From: an uncultured Chthonomonadaceae bacterium
GTDB lineage: Bacteria > Armatimonadota > Chthonomonadetes > Chthonomonadales > Chthonomonadaceae
Direction of reading: 5' to 3'
NCBI GenBank assembly: GCA_963817895.1
Contig: CAWFQB010000010.1
Coordinates: 32,001 to 96,000 of the forward strand
Length of the DNA stretch: 64,000 bases
Below, piece after piece: positions 1-9,951 of this stretch. The position numbers were made by a program, and so were the translations under genes. Every line of letters starts with the position of its first letter. Position 1 is the first letter of the stretch. The notes beneath the pieces are model-generated. The model was given only the letters and a program-made list of their open reading frames with translations. It had not been told where the DNA came from and searched no databases.

Positions 1-301
1 GGGCGAATTTGGTTCCGGTCGCTTTCAGGGTTTGCAGGCAAAGCGCGTGCATGGTGGAAATCTGCGTTCGCGCCAGTTGCTCTTTGGAAAGCAGTTGGGC
101 AAGACGGGCGCGCATCTCTTCCGTCGCGTCGTTGGTAAATGTGGTGACAAGCAGGCGCTTGCCCTGACTTGCCAGTCGCGCCGCCCGTAGGGTGACCACG
201 CGCGTTTTGCCGCTGCCCGGTCCCGCGTAAACGGCAGCAGGGCCGTCGTCATGCAGGACGGCGGCCTTCTGGCTGTCACTCAAATGCTCCAAACTGGTCA
301 A
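1..301 (-). CDS. UvrD/PcrA-family ATP-dependent DNA helicase, N-terminal part (runs off window)
   Basis: Manual translation from TTG at 301: LTSLEHLSDSQKAAVLHDDGPAAVYAGPGSGKTRVVTLR...LVTTFTNDATEEMRARL...STMHALC. Contains the Q motif, Walker A and motifs Ia/Ib of SF1 helicases. Not in the ORF track. Confidence 0.9.
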   Translation of the reverse strand, partial: MTSLEHLSDSQKAAVLHDDGPAAVYAGPGSGKTRVVTLRAARLASQGKRLLVTTFTNDATEEMRARLAQLLSKEQLARTQISTMHALCLQTLKATGTKFA

Positions 302-310
302 GGCGATTTC

Positions 311-2341
311 CTATTTGCTGGCGGTTGGCTTCCCCGTGTCCTTTTTGTCGGGGGCGGGTTTGTCTTCCGCTTTTTTGGGCGCGTCAGAGGGAGTCGTTTG
401 GGGCTTCTCTGCCGGGTTGGCGGGCGCGTCGGGGATTGCGCCGCCGCTCGGTGTCGCGCCGCCCGGTATCGCGCCGGGAGTGGGCTTCTTATCCACGCCG
501 GTCTTTTTGTCTTGTCCGGCGTTTGCGGGATTGTCGTCTTCGGGAGTTTCTTTCACATGGGAAATCACCTTGCCGTGCGCGCCGGTTATTGACTCCTCAC
601 CTGATTTGGTGGTGATAATCACTTTTTTATCGTTGGAATAGAACTGGGTCTCATCGCTGTCATGTCCAAGCACGGGGGGGAACAGGGTCAGCACCTCGTT
701 CTTGTCGTCGTATTCGGCGTGTTCCGCCGTGCCGGTGCGATCCAGCGGCTCCTGCCCCGCGCGCAGAATATGCTGCTTGAATACCAGATGGCCGCGCAGG
801 ACGGTGAACTTCTTCTTGTAGTAGCTGTCTACCTGATCGCACGTCACGACCGCGCCCTGATTTTTTCCGGCGGAAATGTCGTTGGGATTGTCCCCTGCGG
901 CGGGTGTTTGCGGCTTCAGCGTGAGAACCACGTCGCCCGTGAGGACAGCCAGCGCCTTCGTCTCTTCCACATGCGCCTTCTGGCAGATTCCGTGATGCTC
1001 CGGGTCGTCCATAACCATGTGGCCGTCCGCATCCAAAACGCCGTTCTTCTTATCATAGCGGCCGTTGTCACCCGTAATCACGCGACTGCCTCTTGTATAC
1101 GTGAAATGGTGGGCCGTTGTCGTCTGGCTTTTGTTGACGCTCTTGAAATCTTCCCCTTCGAATTCGGACAGGTCATTGCCACCCTGCGCGGTGGCTGTGG
1201 CGTTGGCGGACGGGGTTTTCGCGCCGGGGGGTGTCTGCCCGTTCGATACCAGTCCCGTTGTCATTACTAAACCGAGACTGCCTGCGACGAGTTTGGAAGC
1301 ATTTTTTCCATTGAGTTGCATGCGGAACCTCTTTCCCTGATAGACCTGCTGAGTGGCGTCAATGAGAATGTCCGAGGCGGTATACGCGCAGCCCTGCCAC
1401 ACGCCGGAAACCTGATCGGGCGAGCGTAGCGCGTTGTCTTTCAAAGCCCAGTAAAAATGTTCGCCCTGTACGCTGTCCTGCTGCAATTGCGCGTGGACGC
1501 CGCCAAGACACTCGACGGTCTGATTCTTTTCGTCGTAGCGGGCCTGATTCGCCTGCACGGTCGCGCCTTTGGCCTTGATTTCGCCGCCCTGATTGCACAG
1601 CATGTGCCGCTCGGCCTTGCCTGTCTTGCGGTTGTACAGTTCCAGTATCAGGATGGCGGGCGCGTGGAACTGATGCCCCTCCCGCGTCCTTATTTTTACA
1701 TCGCCCGTTAGCTGAAACTGCCACTGTACGGAATATGTGAACTGCATTTCCGTCGGAAGCCCCTCCGCGCTCCCCACCAGATAACGCCCATGCTGCGCCG
1801 AAAACGTTGCGGCAGGAAGTCCGGGGTCGCTGTCGCTGCCCGACTGGCTGGTGGCTGGTGGCTGGTGGTTGGTGGTTGGTTGGGATAATACGGACGGCTG
1901 AACACGGAGTGATGAATGGGAATTGACTTCATCCTTCATCCTTCCGCCTTCATCCTTTGTTTTCCCTAACGGGCTGGAAAACAGTTTGCCGTCTCGAATA
2001 TCGTCAATGGTGGCGGCTTGCAGGCTGTTGGGGACGCCGCCGTTTTGCCGTTCGATGGCGATGCGCCTGGCCCACAGGGACCAGTTCTTTTTGCCTTCGG
2101 CGTAGTTCTCGAAAGTGGCCTCTTCCAGTTCCAGACTGACGTTGCTGACGGCGGACGGCGACAGGACCGCCGCAATACTGGAGGAGGAGGGTTCGGCCCA
2201 ACGGTACACCCGATAGATGCCGAACAAAACCGCCGTTCCGGCCAGCCATGCCACCGCCTGCCGCCGCAAACGCGCCACACGCAAATTTTGGTTGGACATT
2301 CCCATAGTTTGAAGTGTACCACGTTCGCGCCAAACTGACAA
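311..2341 (-). CDS. LptA/OstA-like (LptC+LptA-like) beta-jellyroll envelope protein
   Basis: N-terminal TM, then repeated OstA-like motifs (ANQARYDEKNQTV, GDNGRYDKKNGVL, AEHAEYDDKNEVLTL) and a Pro/Lys-rich tail. True start probably near 2299. Confidence 0.6.
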   Translation of the reverse strand: MSVWRERGTLQTMGMSNQNLRVARLRRQAVAWLAGTAVLFGIYRVYRWAEPSSSSIAAVLSPSAVSNVSLELEEATFENYAEGKKNWSLWARRIAIERQNGGVPNSLQAATIDDIRDGKLFSSPLGKTKDEGGRMKDEVNSHSSLRVQPSVLSQPTTNHQPPATSQSGSDSDPGLPAATFSAQHGRYLVGSAEGLPTEMQFTYSVQWQFQLTGDVKIRTREGHQFHAPAILILELYNRKTGKAERHMLCNQGGEIKAKGATVQANQARYDEKNQTVECLGGVHAQLQQDSVQGEHFYWALKDNALRSPDQVSGVWQGCAYTASDILIDATQQVYQGKRFRMQLNGKNASKLVAGSLGLVMTTGLVSNGQTPPGAKTPSANATATAQGGNDLSEFEGEDFKSVNKSQTTTAHHFTYTRGSRVITGDNGRYDKKNGVLDADGHMVMDDPEHHGICQKAHVEETKALAVLTGDVVLTLKPQTPAAGDNPNDISAGKNQGAVVTCDQVDSYYKKKFTVLRGHLVFKQHILRAGQEPLDRTGTAEHAEYDDKNEVLTLFPPVLGHDSDETQFYSNDKKVIITTKSGEESITGAHGKVISHVKETPEDDNPANAGQDKKTGVDKKPTPGAIPGGATPSGGAIPDAPANPAEKPQTTPSDAPKKAEDKPAPDKKDTGKPTASK

Positions 2342-2383
2342 GGGAAAGGTATTCTTCCTCTGATAGCCAATTTCGGTTCGCCG

Positions 2384-3571
2384 CTAACGCTGTACCGGCT
2401 GCATCAATGTCCAGTCCTGGTTTGCGCCGATGGAAGGGTTGAAGAACGGGTCGTCGGAGTGTTGGTAGTTGCCCTGCCCGTCCGTCCAATGGTACAGGTA
2501 GTTCGCGTCCTGCTGCGACTGGCCCCAATAGGGATCGTACACCGTTTCCACGCCGCGCATCATGTCGCTGAAGTCGTCGTTCGTTGTTCGTCCCGAAGCG
2601 TTGGCTTCCACTTGACGGCGCTCGGCGCTGGTGATGCGCGCCGCGCGCCGCTGATGCTCGAAACCGGCCAGCATCGCGTCGTTGTTGGCGCTGATGGCAT
2701 GACTGAGTTGCCCTGCCGCCTGAATCTGCGAGTAGCCTAACTGCGTGTAATACTCAAATACCTCCTGTAACTGCCCCATGATCTGCTTCAGCAGTTGCTC
2801 CCACACGGGATTACGCCGCAGGGAGGTGGCGATCTGCCAGAACAGCAGTCGGTTCGCGTCCAGTTGGCCTTTTTCCGCCCGAAAGCCGAACAGGACAGGA
2901 AAGCCCCAGTTCGTCTGTACCATCATGCCCTGCGGTCCATAAAAAGGCACTTGCAGCAGCGACCGGACGCCATATATCTCCTCCTCCACCGGTTTGCCGT
3001 TCAGGACGTACTCCAGCGTGATACAGCCCTCTTCTCCCTGCGTACTCTGCGCGGACGGGCCAAACCGGGACAGGAAGGACACATTGCCCCGGCGCGTCAC
3101 GCGCAGACCGGGCAGCCCCTTCCGAAACTTCGGCACAACCCACGTTGTCAGCGCGTCCACGCACGACATCGGCGGCATGAACGCCTGTCCCATCACGTTT
3201 TGTCCCTGCTGATACCATCCCCTGGCTTCGGGCATCCAGAAGAACATTTCGTTGGGCAGGAACTCTACGCCCTCCGCGCCCTGTGGATTGTAGAGTTGGG
3301 CATAGGCTTTTACAGGCAGGCTCATGTCCTGGTAGTTCCACATCACATCGCTGCTCGCCTGCCAGGTGGGTGGATGTCTCATGACGCAGGCGACCACGTT
3401 GCCATGCTGCCGATCACGCATCTGATACAGCGCCAATCGTTGTAGCAGGGCATCGGACGCCTGCGCGGTTGACGGTTCTGTCGCATTTTTAATCGTCAGC
3501 GAGTTCATAAAGGCGTAAGGGTCCATAAGAAATCTCCGTATTCCTGGGATGACAGAACTGGACTTTACCAC
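2384..3571 (-). CDS. hypothetical protein
   Basis: 395-aa ORF with coding-like composition. Start uncertain because it overlaps the upstream ORF. Confidence 0.6.
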   Translation of the reverse strand: MVKSSSVIPGIRRFLMDPYAFMNSLTIKNATEPSTAQASDALLQRLALYQMRDRQHGNVVACVMRHPPTWQASSDVMWNYQDMSLPVKAYAQLYNPQGAEGVEFLPNEMFFWMPEARGWYQQGQNVMGQAFMPPMSCVDALTTWVVPKFRKGLPGLRVTRRGNVSFLSRFGPSAQSTQGEEGCITLEYVLNGKPVEEEIYGVRSLLQVPFYGPQGMMVQTNWGFPVLFGFRAEKGQLDANRLLFWQIATSLRRNPVWEQLLKQIMGQLQEVFEYYTQLGYSQIQAAGQLSHAISANNDAMLAGFEHQRRAARITSAERRQVEANASGRTTNDDFSDMMRGVETVYDPYWGQSQQDANYLYHWTDGQGNYQHSDDPFFNPSIGANQDWTLMQPVQR

Positions 3572-4148
3572 AGCGCGTATTTACGCGCCCCTCTTCGATG
3601 GGGGCTTCAACGGCTTTATCTCTCGTCACTTGCATCGCCGCTTCTAATATTTCCAGCTCATTGAGCAAATACAAGACGGCATCTCGGCATCGGCTGATAT
3701 CGCAGGTCAGATCGTGGCCGGGATAATTTTGCCAGTGCAGCGCCGTTGTCAGATAGCCGACTAAAGGGATATGTTCGGCAGCATCGCGGAACATGGCGCG
3801 TTGCTCAGAGGTTGTTTTCACATACACGCCAGAGGCTTGCGCGGCATTGTTTTGTTTATGCCACTCTATGATCGTTGCAAGGGTGGTTTCGCGCGGTAAT
3901 GGGGATGACAGGGGAGCAGCAGCCTGGATTTCAGCGCGCGCCATCCGTTCTGCCTCCTGTTCTGCTTCAAACTCCAACTCCTGCAAACACTCCGGGCAAA
4001 CGTCTTCATCGGGTAACTTGGCGGTGATGTCGTAGCCGTTGGCGGTTTCCGCTTGGGTGTGCCATTGTCCGCAAATGGCGTCAGGTGGAGAGTATAGCGA
4101 CGGGACATGCCAAAGGTGGGAACCTGCGCGTAATTTAATCCACATCAT
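3489..4148 (-). CDS. hypothetical protein, phage-like (H..C..CxxC motif)
   Basis: 219-aa ORF, lower GC than neighbours, N-terminal WHV...ICG...CPEC possible Zn site. Confidence 0.45.
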   Translation of the reverse strand: MMWIKLRAGSHLWHVPSLYSPPDAICGQWHTQAETANGYDITAKLPDEDVCPECLQELEFEAEQEAERMARAEIQAAAPLSSPLPRETTLATIIEWHKQNNAAQASGVYVKTTSEQRAMFRDAAEHIPLVGYLTTALHWQNYPGHDLTCDISRCRDAVLYLLNELEILEAAMQVTRDKAVEAPIEEGRVNTRCGKVQFCHPRNTEISYGPLRLYELADD

Positions 4149-4325
4149 GCGCTAACCTGCTGCCCTTTCGTTGTCTTGCCTCGCGCTATCCGCAACGGTT
4201 CCCATCATTTCCATCTGTTTTCACCCGATAGAACTCTTTCATAAGCCTTTGCAAGCGCGGCAAGCCTTATCTCATTCGATAGACTTATGAAAGAGCTTTA
4301 ATGCGCTGTTGCAGGCCGCTGGATT

Positions 4326-5072
4326 TTATTGCCGGATATAGGCGTCGCAGTCTTCTGCTGCCGCTTCGGCGACCTTGCGGCGATGGGCAGTCACTTCGTT
4401 CCTGGCTCCGACCACGTCTATCTCGCCCAGCGCGGTGGCGGCATCTTGCAAGCGCTTGCGGATTACGGCGTCGCTGAGCGACCAGGAGTGCCACATTGCC
4501 ATCATCGTCGGAAGCGCTTTGCCATAAGTGTCTTTGCTCGCGCAAACTATCGAGTAGAACAACATCCCCTGTGTCGCGTCAATCGGCAGGAGGGTGTACA
4601 GGCCGAAGGCTTCTGACGGGACACCGTTGAGCGTCACGGAATAGCGTATGAACGCGGCCTTCCCTTTTTCCACCGGGACATACTCGACCGCTTTGATCTT
4701 GATATTGCGGAGCGAACCGGGCGTTTTGCGATTGATAGCGAGCATCATGTCAATGGCGGCATGGGCGGGATCGGTCAAGTCCACGCGCAGGCTGCCGGGA
4801 AACAGAGCGGCGTTGGGAATGCTGGGAAATTGGGCCGCGACATTGCGGGAGACTACCGGGAGCGGAATGCCCAGCGAGATCGCGCCCTTCGCGCCTTTGG
4901 CAGCGACGGCTCCATTACCGGCGTTGAGGATTTTCCAGCCGGAGGCAAGGCCGATAGTACCGCTGCCATCCGGGAACTGGTAGCGAGAGAGGGTTTGGGT
5001 TCTGCCGCATAGAGGAGCTGCGAACAGCAAGGCAAGCGCTAGCAGGAGCGCGTGTGCGCAAGAACGGTTCAT
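4326..5072 (-). CDS. secreted hypothetical protein
   Basis: Signal peptide MNRSCAHALLLALALLFAAPLCG; a purine-rich RBS precedes ATG 5072. Confidence 0.7.
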   Translation of the reverse strand: MNRSCAHALLLALALLFAAPLCGRTQTLSRYQFPDGSGTIGLASGWKILNAGNGAVAAKGAKGAISLGIPLPVVSRNVAAQFPSIPNAALFPGSLRVDLTDPAHAAIDMMLAINRKTPGSLRNIKIKAVEYVPVEKGKAAFIRYSVTLNGVPSEAFGLYTLLPIDATQGMLFYSIVCASKDTYGKALPTMMAMWHSWSLSDAVIRKRLQDAATALGEIDVVGARNEVTAHRRKVAEAAAEDCDAYIRQ

Positions 5073-5293
5073 TTCTGTCTTCCTTTCGGGTCCGTCCTCA
5101 TAGACATAAAGGACGAAGGTATACAGAGAATAACAGAGCGGCATTAGCCAGCCATTAGCGATTGACAGGGAATCAATGTAAGCCGTAGGATTTTCAGAAC
5201 ACTCCCTGCTCCGGGTAAGCGCCGAAACCAATTCGCCCCTGCGCAAACCCTAAAGGTTTGCGCAAGGGCGGAATAGTAAGGCGGACGCGCGAA

Positions 5294-5809
5294 TTATTTC
5301 GGGCAGCCTACGCCGGTATAAGGGGGCGGGGGCGGATTGGTTCCGCTGGGGAATAGCTGGATGGTTCCGGCAGAGGACGTGCCTTTGGAACTGGCCTGCG
5401 TGGTCACGCTGAGAGGACAGGTGCTGAAATCGTTGTAGATGTTGGAATGATACAAAACCACGTTGTAGTACACGGTGGGATCGGGCGAGGTCACAATCAG
5501 ACCGACAGTTCCCACCGGGGCATTGATGATGGAGAACTTGCCGTCCGCGCCTGTTTTGGCGGAAAGGCTCGTGCCGGCAACGGAAACCGTCGCGCCCACG
5601 ACGGGCGCTGCCGATGTGGTGGTATCTACGACGACGCCGGTAATAGCCGCTTTGGTCGGATCGCCTGTGGTGGTCTGCGGGGGTTTCGGGGTGGGACTGC
5701 CGCCGCCACCGCCACCGCAGCCGGAGATCGAGAGAGAACCCATCAGCGCGAATAGCAGCGCGAACGAGAGTCGGACGTGGGGAAGGTTCCACAACACGCT
5801 TTTCCTCAT
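5294..5809 (-). CDS. lipoprotein with carboxypeptidase-regulatory-like domain
   Basis: Lipobox LSISGC, then ITGVVVD...PVVGATVSV...TGADGKFSI. Confidence 0.75.
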   Translation of the reverse strand: MRKSVLWNLPHVRLSFALLFALMGSLSISGCGGGGGGSPTPKPPQTTTGDPTKAAITGVVVDTTTSAAPVVGATVSVAGTSLSAKTGADGKFSIINAPVGTVGLIVTSPDPTVYYNVVLYHSNIYNDFSTCPLSVTTQASSKGTSSAGTIQLFPSGTNPPPPPYTGVGCPK

Positions 5810-6157
5810 AATAGTTTCCTGCCTTCTGGAGCGCGTCGAACACGCCGAACGTGTCGAGCGCGGAGAGTTCCTGCCTGCCGTTCCTGCGCGTAAAAAGCCG
5901 CCGAAATCGGGCGCAATCAGGAGAAAAATGTCATGGCAAAAATTGCCTGCTTAAAATACTCGTTCGCCGGAGGGGGAGCGGAACGCAATTCGGGGGTATC
6001 TGCGCTATTATATCAACTATTAGACGGTTCGCGCAAGTCTTTTGGCGCACTTTCTTACCGGGAGAGGCGAAGAAAATGATAAAATTAATTCAAATCGTTC
6101 GTAAACCGTCTAAATGCGCCTCTATGGACGGGAGAACGCCCGATTTCCGGCAACTCC

Positions 6158-6814
6158 ATGCGCTCCGGCGCACATGACATAACAGCCCAACCGATGAAAA
6201 TAGAAACGCGAACTTTTAATTTGCAGACAGCCGAGGCCCGCGATGCGCTGTTCGATCAACTGTGCGTGGAAGCGCAGGCGTGTACGCGCTGCCCACGACT
6301 GGCTGAACGTATTGCCGTGTTGAGCCGCGAAAACGGAACCCGAACTCCAAAAGTCGTGTTTGTCGCGGAAGCGCCCGGACGGAAGGGCGGCGACCGAACC
6401 CGCGTTCCCATGCAGGGCGATGCGTCCGGCAGGCATTTCAACTGGCTGCTGGAACAGGCCGGACTGGAACGCGAACACGTATTCATCACCAACGCCGCGC
6501 TGTGCAATCCGCGCAAACTCAGCGGCGCGAATGACAGGCCGACTGCCCGTGAAATCGCCAACTGCGGCCAATTTCTGCGCCGCCAACTGGATTTACTTCA
6601 GCCGCCGCTTGTGGTCAGCGTGGGCGCGACGGCCCTCCGCGCCCTGCACCTGCTGGAACCGCACGGCCTGACACTGGCTTCGGGCGTAGGACGCTGCATT
6701 GACTGGCGCGGCACACGCTTGATTCCCGTTTATCACCCCAGCCCGCAAGTCGTGATTTCCACCCGCCCCCTGCGCGGCAGGCAGAGGATTGGCAGGAAAT
6801 TAGGAAGGAGGTAG
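6158..6814 (+). CDS. uracil-DNA glycosylase (family 4/5, Fe-S type)
   Basis: CTRCPRL, VAEAPG, ITNAALC and YHPSP motifs. The C-terminus may be frameshifted. Confidence 0.85.
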   Translation: MRSGAHDITAQPMKIETRTFNLQTAEARDALFDQLCVEAQACTRCPRLAERIAVLSRENGTRTPKVVFVAEAPGRKGGDRTRVPMQGDASGRHFNWLLEQAGLEREHVFITNAALCNPRKLSGANDRPTAREIANCGQFLRRQLDLLQPPLVVSVGATALRALHLLEPHGLTLASGVGRCIDWRGTRLIPVYHPSPQVVISTRPLRGRQRIGRKLGRR

Positions 6815-6888
6815 ATACGAGATAGGAGATACGAGATACGAGTACAATGCAGTCTCCACTTGTATCTCGTATCTCCTATCTCGTATCT
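6813..6888. repeat. heptamer tandem-repeat hairpin (GAGATAC/GAGATAG)
   Basis: agatacgagataggagatac...gtatctcgtatctcctatctcgtatct, between convergent genes. Confidence 0.85.
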
Positions 6889-7934
6889 TACTCCCCACTC
6901 CCTACTGCCTTTCTCACTATTTCCGCTTCCACGCCCGCTTCGGACAGTTTGGCTTTGGCTTTTTCCGCGTTGGAACGGTTGCGGTATACGCCCTGCTGAA
7001 CGCGGTACACGGTTGTGCCGTCTTCGCTGGTAACGGGTACAACGGTCGCGTCTAATCCCACATCCGTAATGCGGCGGGCTTCGCGCTCGGCGGCTTCGCG
7101 GCGCGAGTACGCGCTGCCGCGCACACTGTAGCGGACGCGCTTCACGGGTTTGGGAGTTTTGGCGGTTTCATCCCCCGCGCTGTCCGCGTGTTCCGCGCGA
7201 GAGGCCGTTGAAGCCGCCTCGTCGCGCCGCGCCGGTTTGTCGGAAGTATCGCCCGATGTGTCGCGATCAATACGGGACGGCTTCTGGTCATCCTGACTGA
7301 AGCCGCCATTATCCGACTTGTCGCTCGAAGCGGAGGGGGTATCGGACGCGCCGGCGCGCGTGTGCCGTCTTGCGCGCGGCGTTGTGGCGGACCCGCCCCC
7401 GGTTTCCGAAGTCGCTCCCCCTGTGGATTTTGTACCCGCAGCCGGGATTGCGCCGGTTGCCGGGGTTGTGTCTGTTGTTGTGGCAGACGTGTCGGCTTCC
7501 GCCGCGCTTTTGGCGGTTTCGGACGTGTCGGATTTGGGCGTATGCTCAAGACTGCCGGGTTTCTGCGTGGCAGAATCCGTGTCCGGTAACAGGATCGGCT
7601 CTTTGTTGTCCCGTTTGGGCGTTGCGGCAGAAGCGGAAGCGACGGCATCACTGCGACCGGGTTCGGGTGTGGGTTCGGGCGTTTGCGCCGGACGGGCGGG
7701 GGCGTTGTGGGTGGTGGCAGCGGCGGCAGGGGCAATCCCGCTCTCATCATGCTTGTCGGGAACCATGCGCGACAGGACAAAGAAGCCCAGAAAGAAACTT
7801 AGCCCGCCCAATCCCAACACCACGCCGATATTACGCGCGGCCTCGGTTCCCGCGTTGCGGGCATTGTTGGTGGAATAATTGCTGCGCTTGCTTGCGGCCA
7901 TAAAACTAACCTCGTATTTCCAAACGCCTGTCAA
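6888..7934 (-). CDS. SPOR domain protein
   Basis: N-terminal TM, low-complexity linker, C-terminal YRVQQGVYRNRSNAEKAKAKL SPOR repeat. Confidence 0.85.
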   Translation of the reverse strand: MTGVWKYEVSFMAASKRSNYSTNNARNAGTEAARNIGVVLGLGGLSFFLGFFVLSRMVPDKHDESGIAPAAAATTHNAPARPAQTPEPTPEPGRSDAVASASAATPKRDNKEPILLPDTDSATQKPGSLEHTPKSDTSETAKSAAEADTSATTTDTTPATGAIPAAGTKSTGGATSETGGGSATTPRARRHTRAGASDTPSASSDKSDNGGFSQDDQKPSRIDRDTSGDTSDKPARRDEAASTASRAEHADSAGDETAKTPKPVKRVRYSVRGSAYSRREAAEREARRITDVGLDATVVPVTSEDGTTVYRVQQGVYRNRSNAEKAKAKLSEAGVEAEIVRKAVGSGE

Positions 7935-8111
7935 GCCATCGGAACAATTTATGGATGGCTGCGGCGGGGTTGCGCTGACGAATACAGATCAAACAGGAGA
8001 TGAAACAAAACAAGCAAAAGAGATCATTTGCAGGAACTTTTGTTGATGATTAGTGTACCCGGAAAAACGGGGAATTAGTCAAGCGATTTTTGCGGTTCCT
8101 TCAAACAGCCA

Positions 8112-8157
8112 AAAGCGCGTAATCCTGCTCTTGTTGAAGAGAGAATTACGCGCTGTT
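8112..8157 (-). terminator. hairpin terminator after tRNA-Gln
   Basis: agcgcgtaat...attacgcgct stem with an adjacent A-run (U-tract on the minus strand). Confidence 0.6.
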
Positions 8158-8198
8158 GAGAATTGTTGACTTGCGAACAGACTTAATTGTGAATCGAA

Positions 8199-8269
8199 CT
8201 CCCCGTGATAGATTCGAACTACCCCTACCTCGTCCAGAGCGAGGCGTTCTGCCGCTAAACTAACGGGGA
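8199..8269 (-). tRNA. tRNA-Gln(CTG)
   Basis: Reverse complement TCCCCGTTAGTTTAGCGGCAGAACGCCTCGCT-CTG-GACGAGGTAGGGGTAGTTCGAATCTATCACGGGGAG folds as a cloverleaf. No encoded CCA. Confidence 0.93.
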
Positions 8270-8330
8270 ACAAACCAGATTCAATTGATTACCGCGAAAA
8301 CGTGTTGATTTGCGCTTGTATCCGCCAAAC

Positions 8331-8359
8331 AGTATACGGCAGACGGGGCGATTTGTCAA
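8331..8359 (-). promoter_or_regulatory. sigma70 promoter for tRNA-Gln
   Basis: TTGACA-N17-TATACT on the minus strand. Confidence 0.75.
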
Positions 8360-8514
8360 GGCGCGATTAGAATCGGTGTTGGGTATTCGGGCGCAATCGT
8401 CTGCTATGTTACAGGCAAATGCTGCACAAACAATTTTTCGCAAGCGTTTGTTCATTCGGGTACACTTCTCACCAACATTCTTAGCCAACAAGTCAGCCCT
8501 CATCGGAGAGACAC

Positions 8515-9934
8515 ATGCTTCGCGCGCGCCCATACCAGACTATCTCCACAAACGCCAATACCGGACAGAGTATTCGCCTGCCCCGGCGCGTTTCGGGCGT
8601 GTTGGGCGTGATTTTATTCGTTATCGGAATCATTGTGCTTTACCGCTCGGCAAGTCCTAATGGACAGGATTTTCGAGTGTGCTACTATCCGCTCGCGGCG
8701 CGGTTTGCGCGGGGGCAGTCTCCCTATGTCCTTGAAGGCAATCCACTCCGCGTTGCTGAAGCGGCGCGGGGCGAAGCACAACGGATTGTTCTGAACCCCA
8801 ACCCCTACCCACCGTTTACCGCTATTGCCCTGTCCCCCTTCGCGCTTTTCCCCGAACCGATAGCCCGCCATATCTGGCTGACGCTCTCGCTAATCGTGTT
8901 CTTTGCGGGCATCTGGCTGGCGTTAAAGGTTATTGGCCCGGAATGGCCGGTGGAATCGCGCCTGCTGCTGTTGGGAATCACGGCCTGTTCGGGAAGCGCG
9001 CGCTGGTGCGCGGGGCAGTATCAGGCCGCGCTTCTGGTCGCCGGAACTCCTCGGCATTTTCCTGTATGCGGAGATGCGGGGGCGCAAGGGACTGGCCCTC
9101 GCCTGCGCCGTTCTGATGACGCTCAAAGTCAGCCTGCTTGTTCCGGTTGTGCTGTTGTGGGCTTTCCGCAAACGGTATCGGCAGCTGGCGGCCTTTGTGG
9201 TACTGACATTGGTTCTGAATCTTGCGGGACTGGCGCGAACGGGCGTGGCGCAGACCTTTGCGGGCTGGCGGCTGAACATGGCGAACTACGCGGTTCGCGG
9301 CTCCAACAACTACCCGGACACGCGCCAGCATGTGAAGTTCTGGCGCGGCGAACCCTACGACATCGAGATGATGCCGGGAGTGGCGCCCTACGAAAATTTC
9401 AATTATACGAGCCAGTTCACGCACTGGGTATTTCTGTTGAGCGCGTACACGCCCAACATGGTATTCGCCAATCGCCTTGCCGGTCTATGTTCCCTCGCCG
9501 CGCTTTTGTTCCTGTGGCTGCTGTGGCGTCATGCGCGTCCCCATTCTGAGGAGGAGGGATTTTTGCTGGAATTCTTTGCCGTTGGCGTGGCGTTGACCCC
9601 ACTAATTTTCACCCACCTCAAGTACGATGCCGTTGTTTTGATTTTCCCGTTTTTCATCGGCCTGCGATCCCTGTCGACACGCCGTACTAAAGGAAGGACT
9701 GCGATTGTCGTATTGCTGGCGTCGTGCTTTCTGGTCGCGTTTGTCGCGTTTTCTAAAATCGAGGCAATCAGCGAACGGCTTGTCCTCGCAACCAACTTTC
9801 GCGGATTTATCCCCATCTATTCCTATGGCTGCACGCTGGCGTTTCTGGCGGCAGACGTAAGCGCGTGGCATTATAAAAACAACACACAGACGGACGTTAC
9901 AGGCGCAGAGGCCGATGCCGCAGCCGTCTCATAA
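8515..9934 (+). CDS. GT87/DUF2029 glycosyltransferase, frameshifted near 9045
   Basis: DFRVCY...GQSPY...PYPPFTA motif in the first ORF. The multi-TM body continues in ORF 8933-9934. Confidence 0.8.
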
Positions 9935-9951
9935 TTTCAAAGCTGTTTGCG

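Noticed and set aside
8079..8199. tRNA-Gln as an integration site
   Set aside because: No duplicated tRNA 3' end or integrase was seen nearby.
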